Below the pieces are notes generated by a model, which saw only the letters and a program-made list of their open reading frames with translations, was not told the origin of the DNA and did no database searches. Below, piece after piece: positions 22,623 to 28,983 of a stretch of DNA of 37,860 bases (positions are counted from its first letter, which is position 1; every line of letters starts with the position of its first letter). Location of the stretch: positions 1 through 37,860 of the forward strand of contig JAUMEU010000194.1 in assembly GCA_032120295.1 (NCBI GenBank). Reading direction: 5' to 3'. The translations under genes and the position numbers were made by a program. The DNA is from Opitutales bacterium. Its GTDB lineage: Bacteria > Verrucomicrobiota > Verrucomicrobiia > Opitutales > UBA953.

Positions 22623-23552
22623 ATGCAGAGCTACGAAGCGAACGGCGTGCCGATGGAACGATGGAAGGTCGGCGCGTCGACCTACGAGACCTGCCTGACG
22701 CGCGGGGCGCGGCTTTTGCGTTGGAAGCTCGATGCCCCCTCGGGCCGGCGTGAGATCCTCTTCTGGCCCGAGGGCGCGCCGATGGACCTCGATAAGATCG
22801 GCCCGGTGCGCGGCGGCAATCCGATCCTCTTCCCGTTCATGGGACGCAACTACGCCGACGGCGAGAAGTTCGCCTGGAAGGCCGCGGACGGCGTCAAACG
22901 CCCGATGCCGCAGCACGGTTTCGCGCGCGACGCCGCCTTTGAGATCGTCGAGAGCGGCCCCAAGCACGCCGTGGTCCGGATGATCCAGGACGAGCGCGGC
23001 CGGAACTGCTATCCCTTCGCGTACGACTTCCGGATCCGCTTCGACTTCCTCGAGCTGTTCCTACGCATCACCTTCGAGTTCGAGAACCGCGACGCCCAGC
23101 CGCTGCCGTGGTGCGCCGGTCACCATTTCTACTTCACGCTCCCGTGGCACGCCGGCCTGAGTCGCCGAGACTACGTCGTGAAGATCCCGTCGAAGAAACA
23201 GTGGCGCCACGCCGCCGACGGCAAGCTCGTGCCTTTCACGGAACTGAAAGGCCAGGAGGCGATCGGCTTCGACAGCCCGCATCTCTCGGACTGCATCTTC
23301 ACGAGCCTCAAGTCAGCGACGGTCAGCTTCGGTCCGAAGTCGGGCGAAGAAGACATCAGCGTGAAGGTCGGCGAGGAGCCGATTCCGGGCGCGTGGGCGA
23401 GCGTCGTCACCTGGACGCCCGACCCGGAAGCGCCGTATTATTGCGTCGAGCCGTGGATGGGCCCGCCCAACAGCCCTGAACACAAGAACGGGCTCCGTTT
23501 CGCGGAGCCCGGTCAGATCGACACCTTCGTCACTGAGGTGTCGTTGATGTAA
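22623..23552 (+). CDS. aldose 1-epimerase (galactose mutarotase-like fold) family protein
   Basis: Start at MQSYEANG (ATG 22623). Shows the motifs GGNPILFPFMGR, PQHGFARD and YCVEPW. The upstream part of the listed 22143..23552 ORF is an out-of-frame overlap with the methyltransferase and is Arg/Ser/Pro-rich. Confidence 0.75.
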   Translation: MQSYEANGVPMERWKVGASTYETCLTRGARLLRWKLDAPSGRREILFWPEGAPMDLDKIGPVRGGNPILFPFMGRNYADGEKFAWKAADGVKRPMPQHGFARDAAFEIVESGPKHAVVRMIQDERGRNCYPFAYDFRIRFDFLELFLRITFEFENRDAQPLPWCAGHHFYFTLPWHAGLSRRDYVVKIPSKKQWRHAADGKLVPFTELKGQEAIGFDSPHLSDCIFTSLKSATVSFGPKSGEEDISVKVGEEPIPGAWASVVTWTPDPEAPYYCVEPWMGPPNSPEHKNGLRFAEPGQIDTFVTEVSLM

Positions 23553-23562
23553 GCCTCGCGGC

Positions 23563-23799
23563 TTACTTGCTGCTGTTGCTGTTGAGGGGCAGCTTGCCCT
23601 TCGACTTCGTCGGGGCCTTCTTGGCGGCCGGGGCCGGAGCGGGCTCGACGACCGGAGCGACCACGGGGGTCAGGCCGGCGGCCGGGACGAGGTTGGCGTC
23701 GCCGGCACCATCGGTGACGGGGGACGGACCCTTTTCAGGACCCATGCAACCAACGAGGACGGCGGAAAGGAGGGAGAGAACGAACAGATTGCGTACCAT
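23563..23799 (-). CDS. small lipoprotein, Pro/Ala-rich with a Lys-rich tail
   Basis: MVRNLFVLSLLSAVLVGC carries a lipobox (LVGC). The start was chosen at Met18 of the listed ORF. No homology was recognised. Confidence 0.55.
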   Translation of the reverse strand: MVRNLFVLSLLSAVLVGCMGPEKGPSPVTDGAGDANLVPAAGLTPVVAPVVEPAPAPAAKKAPTKSKGKLPLNSNSSK

Positions 23800-23834
23800 G
23801 GCAGTGAGGTTAGGTTGCGGGGACTCTACCTCGC

Positions 23835-24296
23835 ATGGCCCAACGCACAAGCGCAGATTCTGGTCCCCTCACCCTGTTCGTCTGCACGGGTAATTTCTAC
23901 CGCAGCCGCCACGCGGAGGCCCTGTTCAACTGGCATGCGGCCCGGGCGGGCCACCCGGCGCGGGCCTTTTCGCGCGGGTTGCTGACCTCCTTGGTGGCCG
24001 ACGAGCCCACCCTGCTGTCCCGGGATACCGAACGCCGCCTGCGAGCACTGGGCATCCCCCTGGAACTGACGGGCGCGGCGCCGACCCAGCTGCGCCGGGA
24101 AGACCTGGAGCGGGCCCACCGGACCATCGCCCTCAAGAAGGACGAGCACCGCGCCATGATGCTCCAGGCCCACCCCGAGTGGGCGGACCGGATCGAGTAT
24201 TGGTCGGTGCACGATATCGACTACGCCCATCCGGACCAAGCGCTGCCTCAGATCGAGGAGCAGGTCCTCGAGCTGATGCGCACGCTGCGGATCTGA
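23835..24296 (+). CDS. low-molecular-weight protein-tyrosine-phosphatase / ArsC-like family protein
   Basis: 153 aa with the P-loop LFVCTGNFYRSRHAE (CX5R(S)) near the N-terminus. Confidence 0.75.
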   Translation: MAQRTSADSGPLTLFVCTGNFYRSRHAEALFNWHAARAGHPARAFSRGLLTSLVADEPTLLSRDTERRLRALGIPLELTGAAPTQLRREDLERAHRTIALKKDEHRAMMLQAHPEWADRIEYWSVHDIDYAHPDQALPQIEEQVLELMRTLRI

Positions 24297-24308
24297 TCCG
24301 CGGAGGCC

Positions 24309-25496
24309 TTAGGCGGCCGAACCCGCGCCGGCCCGGCGCAGGGCTTCCAGATGCGAAGCGGCCTGATTGAGAAGACCGCGCATCTCGACCATCGTCTCCT
24401 GGGCCACTTCGGCCTTGGTCGCGGCGGCTTCCTTGAGGGCTTCGGCGCGGCGGGCGAGTTCCGTGGCGAGCTCATGGGCGGAGGCGATGGTCTTGGCCTT
24501 GAGCTCGCGGGTGCGGAGGTCGAGGCGGGCGGCGAGGGAGTCGATGTCGCGACCGAGGGTGCGGCTCTGCTCCTTGAGTTCGGCGGCCATGATGCGGGAG
24601 TCCGGCACGCGGCGCAGGTCCTGGGTCAGGCCGACCTTGGAGAGGGTCCAGATGATCCACTTGGTCGGGTCGAACTGCCAAGGCTTCACGCCGTTACGGT
24701 AGTCGTGCTGGAACTCGTGGTGGTAGTTATGGTAGCCCTCGCCGAAGGTCAGCAGCGCGACGACGCCGCTGTCGCGGGCGCTGTGGTCGGTCGAATAAGG
24801 ACGACGGCCGATCATGTGGCAGAGCGAGTTGATGCAGAAGGTGCCCTGCTGGACGACCACCGTGCGGAGGAGGCCGGCGATAAGGAAGGCGGCCAGGGCG
24901 GTCATGCCCGGGTTGGCGAAGCCCATGAGGACGGCGTAACCGTAACCGAGGGCGGCCGGCATCACGAAGCCCACGAAAGCCCCGATCCACTGGACGTAGC
25001 GGTGCTGCCACATGACGAGGGGGTCGGCTTCGAGGTCCTTGACGTTGGTGACGGGCGGCTTCGGCTTGAGACGGAAGAGGAGCCAGCCGATATGGGCGTA
25101 GAAGAAGCCCTTGGAGATATCATAGGGATCTTCGTCTTCATCCACGTGCTTGTGGTGGATGCGGTGGTCGGCGGACCAATCCAGGGCCGAATTCTCGAAG
25201 GAAGCGGCGCCGAAGAGGAGGACGAAGAGCTTCACCGGCCACTTGGCCTTGAAGGAAATGTGGGAAAACAGGCGGTGGTAGCCCAGGGTGATGCCGAAAC
25301 CGGTCGCGTAGTAATAGAACACGAACAGGGCCAAGATGAAACCCCAGCCATGGACCTTGTTGGCGGCGTCAGCCGGGAGGTTGAACTGGGTCCAGAGGAA
25401 CCAGGGGACCACGGTCAGCGAGAGGAGAGCCGTCCCGATCAAGAAGGTGGAGGTCACCCATTCGATACGGTAGATAGGGAAGTTTTTGAACTTCAT
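24309..25496 (-). CDS. acyl-CoA (delta-9-type) fatty acid desaturase with a roughly 90-aa C-terminal coiled-coil extension
   Basis: 395 aa with His boxes HRLFSH, HRIHHKHVD and HNYHHEFQHDYRNG. The tail RIMAAELKEQSRTLGRDIDSLAARLDLRTRELKAK...EALRRAG is helical and heptad-like. Confidence 0.88.
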   Translation of the reverse strand: MKFKNFPIYRIEWVTSTFLIGTALLSLTVVPWFLWTQFNLPADAANKVHGWGFILALFVFYYYATGFGITLGYHRLFSHISFKAKWPVKLFVLLFGAASFENSALDWSADHRIHHKHVDEDEDPYDISKGFFYAHIGWLLFRLKPKPPVTNVKDLEADPLVMWQHRYVQWIGAFVGFVMPAALGYGYAVLMGFANPGMTALAAFLIAGLLRTVVVQQGTFCINSLCHMIGRRPYSTDHSARDSGVVALLTFGEGYHNYHHEFQHDYRNGVKPWQFDPTKWIIWTLSKVGLTQDLRRVPDSRIMAAELKEQSRTLGRDIDSLAARLDLRTRELKAKTIASAHELATELARRAEALKEAAATKAEVAQETMVEMRGLLNQAASHLEALRRAGAGSAA

Positions 25497-25629
25497 GGAA
25501 GGTCTGAAAAGTAGGGCCGCGGGCCGTCTAGGCGAGAGGAATCAACCTGCCTAAATCGGGTAAAAATGCCCTCTAGATTCGCTTTTTCCCGAACCTTCTT
25601 TCGGGTGCGCCTCGTAAACGAACCTAAGT

Positions 25630-26067
25630 TCAGTCGCGACGGCGGCGACCGATCGAATTCTTCACCGGGATGATCCGCACGGGCTCGCGCGTCTTGATCC
25701 AGAGATCGCTCTCCTTGAAAAGTTTGCCGGAGATGCTCTGCACGGCGTCGCCGAAAGACTCGACCGGTACGCGCTGTCCCTTGGGCGATTCGTTGAAGGC
25801 CTTGGCGACCTCGACGATCTTGGCGGAGACTTCCTTGGGGTCGTCATCCTCGAGCAACTGGACGACCCAACCCGTCAGGTCCTTAGGCAGGCCTTCCTCG
25901 GGCTCACTGACCAAGACGAGCATCTGCTTCTTCGCCGGCTTCTCGCGCTCGACGGCCTCTTCGGCCACGGCGTCGCGGATCTGGTTGAGGATTTCGGCGG
26001 CCACGCGCACGTCGACTCCGCTCTCCTTGAGGATCTTCTGGACGACTTCGATATCTACCTTGGCCAT
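25630..26067 (-). CDS. hypothetical acidic protein with a basic C-terminal tail
   Basis: Start chosen at MAKVDIEVVQKIL (ATG 26067), because the listed N-terminal extension runs into the MITE-like repeat. Codon usage is GC3-rich like its neighbours. No motif was recognised. Confidence 0.5.
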   Translation of the reverse strand: MAKVDIEVVQKILKESGVDVRVAAEILNQIRDAVAEEAVEREKPAKKQMLVLVSEPEEGLPKDLTGWVVQLLEDDDPKEVSAKIVEVAKAFNESPKGQRVPVESFGDAVQSISGKLFKESDLWIKTREPVRIIPVKNSIGRRRRD

Positions 26068-26137
26068 AGGCCACCAAGAGACTCCAACCAACCCAGCGAG
26101 GGAAGCCGGAGTTATTCCCAGCACGGGTAGAGGCCGC

Positions 26138-26228
26138 CAATCAAAGGGAAACCGGAGATTGGCCGGGGGGATATTCTCGGGTGTAAGGCACCCCAAACAC
26201 CCGATCCCGTCTCCGGCTTCCCTTTGAG
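26138..26228. mobile_element. MITE-like inverted-repeat element (M3, about 91 bp)
   Basis: CAATCAAAGGGAAACCGGAGA...TCTCCGGCTTCCCTTTGAG with an internal hairpin CGGGTGT/aaggcaccccaa/ACACCCG. Confidence 0.65.
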
Positions 26229-26270
26229 TTTAAGGCCCCGCCACCTGCCACCCGAAGCCCGCATCCCACT

Positions 26271-26314
26271 TTTGCACCTTTGCACAGGCCGCAGGCCGAT
26301 TTGCACTTTTGCAC
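26271..26314. repeat. two tandem pairs of TTTGCAC words
   Basis: TTTGCACcTTTGCAC-aggccgcaggccga-TTTGCACtTTTGCAC, about 100 nt upstream of trmB. Confidence 0.7.
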
Positions 26315-26343
26315 TTAGGACAGCACGTGGTGCTGTCCCTACC
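26314..26343. repeat. REP-like hairpin, H3 type
   Basis: CTTAG-GACAGCAC/GTG/GTGCTGTC-CCTACC. It is identical in core to the copy at 34531. Confidence 0.8.
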
Positions 26344-26412
26344 CCTCTGGTCTCTGTTGCTCCCGGTCCTCCTTTGCTTCTTAACCCCATCGTGCCGGAG
26401 CATACCAAAGTC

Positions 26413-27000
26413 ATGGGCAAAGAGTGGGCGGAGGCCCGCCGCGAGGCGAACGTCGCCCGGCTGAGGGCGACCCTGGCCACGGCCTTGGCGGGACGAACCG
26501 GCATCACCTTTGAGCTCGGCTGTGGACACGGTCACTGGTTGGCCGCTTACGGTGCCGCCCACCCGGACGAATTTTGCGTGGGTATCGACCTGATCACGCA
26601 CCGCGTCGCGCGTTCCGTGCGCAAACAGACCCTCGGCAAGCTGGACAACGTCATCTTCCTCAAGGCCGAAGCCACGGAATTCCTTGAAGCGCTGCCGCCG
26701 CCGGTGAGCCTCGCCAAGATCTTCATCCTCTACCCCGACCCGTGGCCGAAGAAGAAGCATCACAAGAACCGTTTCATCCAGACAGCGAGCCTCGACCTAT
26801 TGGCCGCGCGGGCCAGCGCGGGCACCCGCCTCCACTTCCGCACCGACAACGCCGATTACTTTCAGTGGACCCAAGAACACCTCGCCGCCCACCCGCGCTG
26901 GGAAGTTCGCGCCGCGGCGGCCTGGCCCTTTGAGCAAAAAACCTTCTTCGAAGAGCGCATGAAGGATCGGCGGGATGTCTTCGCAGACCGACTGACCTGA
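26413..27000 (+). CDS. trmB: tRNA (guanine-N7)-methyltransferase
   Basis: Shows ELGCGHGHWL, the YPDPWPKKKHHKNRF signature and FRTDN. Start placed at ATG 26413 (GTG 26392 is also possible). The listed longer ORF begins inside repeats. Confidence 0.85.
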   Translation: MGKEWAEARREANVARLRATLATALAGRTGITFELGCGHGHWLAAYGAAHPDEFCVGIDLITHRVARSVRKQTLGKLDNVIFLKAEATEFLEALPPPVSLAKIFILYPDPWPKKKHHKNRFIQTASLDLLAARASAGTRLHFRTDNADYFQWTQEHLAAHPRWEVRAAAAWPFEQKTFFEERMKDRRDVFADRLT

Positions 27001-27066
27001 AAGTTGCTCATTTATGACGAGGTAAGTGCCTCATAAATAGCAAGGTATAGGACGTAATCCTTTCCC

Positions 27067-28527
27067 TTGCATCGTCTGGCGTCAGACCTACTCATAAAGC
27101 CCGTGAAGCCTTTCCGCCATACCCGCATCACTTTCACCATCGGGCCAGCCACCGAATCGGAGGCCCAACTGGAGGCCATCATTAACGCCGGCGCCAATGT
27201 CGTCCGCCTGAACATGGCCCACGCCGACCATGCTTGGGTGCGCACCATCGTCGCCCGCGTCCGGGAGGTGAGCCACCGCCTTAAGAAGGAACTCGGCGTC
27301 ATGATGGACATCAAGGGCCCCGAGATCCGCACCGGCGCCCGCAAGGAATCCACCCAGCTCCTCGTCGATCAGATTGTCGACGTCACCGGCTCCGAAGCCG
27401 CCCAGGCCGAGGGGGACCTCCTCGTCATCCCGACCAACTACCCGAAGATGATTACCGCCGTGCCCGTGGGCGGTGTCGTCCTCGTCGACAACGGCCTGAT
27501 CCAGCTGCGCGTGCTCGAGCAGAAGAAGGACCGTCTGCGCTGCAAGGTCGAGCAACCCGGCCCGCTCGGCAGCCGCCGTCACATCAACCTTCCCGGCGTC
27601 AAAGTAGACCTCCCGGCCCTCACCGACAAGGACCGGGCCGATGTCGCCGTCGGCTGCGAAGTCGGCGTCGACTTCTACGCTTTGTCCTTCGTGCGCGAGG
27701 CGGCTGACGTCCACGCCCTCCGCGCCCTCCTCGCCCAGCATGACTCCAAGGCGCACATCATCTCGAAGATCGAAGACCAGTCGGCCATCGAGCACCTCGG
27801 CTCGATCCTCGAGGCCACCGACGCCCTGATGGTGGCTCGCGGCGACTTGGGCATCGAGATCCCTTACGAAACCTTGCCGCTGGTCCAACGCCGGGCCGTG
27901 GCCATGGCCATCGCCCGCCGCAAACCCGTCATCGTGGCCACCCATATGTTGGAGTCCATGATCCACGCGCCCGTGCCGACGCGGGCCGAGGTGACCGACG
28001 TCTCCAATGCCGTCTTAGAAATGGCCGACTCGGTCATGCTCTCGGGCGAGACCACCACCGGCAAGCACCCCATCCGCTGCGTCGAGGTGATGTGCCGCAT
28101 CGCCACCACGACCGAACGCGAACTCCCCCGCAAACTTTCGGAGGAATACCTCAACGAAACGCCGAAGGTCAAACTGCTGCGCGCCGCCGCGGGCCTCGCC
28201 CAGGATCTGGGCAACACGGGCATCATCGCCTTCACCCGTAACGGCGACGTGCCGCGCACGCTGTCGTCGCTCCGCGCCATCGGTTGCCCGATCTACGCTT
28301 TCATGGAAGAGGAACATGTCCACCGGAAGATGAGCCTCCTCTGGGGGGTCGAGTCCTTCCAGACGAAGTTCTCGCCCAAGGCGGAAGACAATATCACGCT
28401 GGCCCTCCTCCGACTCCGCGACGAAGGGCTCGCCGAACCTGGCCAGGTGCTCGTCATCGTGACCAACGTGATCCTCGGACCGACCGTCATCGATTCCGTC
28501 CAGCTTCGCGCCGTCCCGGCACTCTGA
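27067..28527 (+). CDS. pyk: pyruvate kinase
   Basis: 486 aa with TRITFTIGPAT, VVRLNMAHA, MDIKGPEIR, ISKIEDQSAIE, MVARGDLGIEIP and MLSGETTTGKHP. The start is ambiguous: TTG 27067 as listed, or GTG 27103. Confidence 0.92.
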   Translation: MHRLASDLLIKPVKPFRHTRITFTIGPATESEAQLEAIINAGANVVRLNMAHADHAWVRTIVARVREVSHRLKKELGVMMDIKGPEIRTGARKESTQLLVDQIVDVTGSEAAQAEGDLLVIPTNYPKMITAVPVGGVVLVDNGLIQLRVLEQKKDRLRCKVEQPGPLGSRRHINLPGVKVDLPALTDKDRADVAVGCEVGVDFYALSFVREAADVHALRALLAQHDSKAHIISKIEDQSAIEHLGSILEATDALMVARGDLGIEIPYETLPLVQRRAVAMAIARRKPVIVATHMLESMIHAPVPTRAEVTDVSNAVLEMADSVMLSGETTTGKHPIRCVEVMCRIATTTERELPRKLSEEYLNETPKVKLLRAAAGLAQDLGNTGIIAFTRNGDVPRTLSSLRAIGCPIYAFMEEEHVHRKMSLLWGVESFQTKFSPKAEDNITLALLRLRDEGLAEPGQVLVIVTNVILGPTVIDSVQLRAVPAL

Positions 28528-28532
28528 AGCGT

Positions 28533-28558
28533 GGGGCAGCATCGCGTGCTGCTCTAGC
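28533..28558. repeat. REP-like hairpin, H3 type (variant)
   Basis: GGG-GCAGCA/TCGCG/TGCTGC-TCTAGC, 6 nt after the pyk stop. Confidence 0.65.
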
Positions 28559-28643
28559 TGTAAAAGTGGAGGTAAGTTTCGGGTGGCGGGTGGCGGATTC
28601 TGGCTCGGGTAGGGAGGCGATGACATCGCCTCCGCCGTCTCGA

Positions 28644-28674
28644 GGTAGGGTTGAGCGCCCTCGCTCAACCGCGG
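28644..28674 (-). repeat. solo H2 hairpin of the REP-like doublet
   Basis: GGTAGGGTTGAGCGCCCTCGCTCAACCGCGG, the reverse orientation of H2. The H1 half is absent. Confidence 0.75.
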
Positions 28675-28701
28675 TTGCCCTAAGTGTGGTACAAAACAGG
28701 A

Positions 28702-28910
28702 CTCAAAGGGAAACCGGAGACCGGATGATTGGCTGGGGTGCATTCTCAGGTCCCAGGTCTCAGCCATCGGGCACCAGGTTCAGGTGTTCGGGTTCAGGTA
28801 CTGGTCCCGGGACCTGTACCCGTACCTGATGCCCGCACCCGAACCTGGTGCCGAGACCAGGGACCTGAAAATATATCCCCGCAGCATCCTCTCCGGTCTC
28901 CCTTTGATTG
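28702..28910. mobile_element. MITE-like element, long form (M4, about 209 bp, near-palindromic throughout)
   Basis: CTCAAAGGGAAACCGGAGACCGGATGATTGGCTGGGG...(palindrome centred on GGTCCCGGGACC)...CCCCGCAGCATCCTCTCCGGTCTCCCTTTGATTG. Confidence 0.7.
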
Positions 28911-28983
28911 ATGTCTCTCCCCTTGTCACCGTGTCACCTTGCCCACGTGTCCCCTTGCGAAGCAAAGCTTCGCGCCGCGCTCA
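28911..28983 (-). repeat. stop-codon-abutting 3' element (K4)
   Basis: The reverse complement is TGAGCGCGGCGCGAAGCTTTGCTTCGCAAGGGGACACGTGGGCAAGGTGACACGGTGACAAGGGGAGAGACAT. It begins with the stop codon of the HAF autotransporter and runs directly into M4. Confidence 0.75.

Noticed and set aside
25570-25600. Hairpin CCCGAA-ccttct-TTCGGG downstream of the hypothetical gene, considered as its terminator.
   Set aside because: On the minus-strand transcript it is followed by an A-run, not a U-run, and on the plus strand no gene ends there.
26068-26412. N-terminal extensions of the listed ORFs 25630..26196 and 26224..27000.
   Set aside because: Both extensions run through the MITE-like copy M3, the TTTGCAC array and a REP hairpin. 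Family-typical or plausible starts exist downstream, at ATG 26067 and ATG 26413.
27008-27040. AT-rich inverted repeat CTCATTTATGA...TCATAAATAG between trmB and pyk, considered as a terminator or sigma-70 promoter.
   Set aside because: The stem is short and AT-only with no U-tract. The -35/-10-like hexamers nearby do not have acceptable spacing. The evidence is insufficient for either call.
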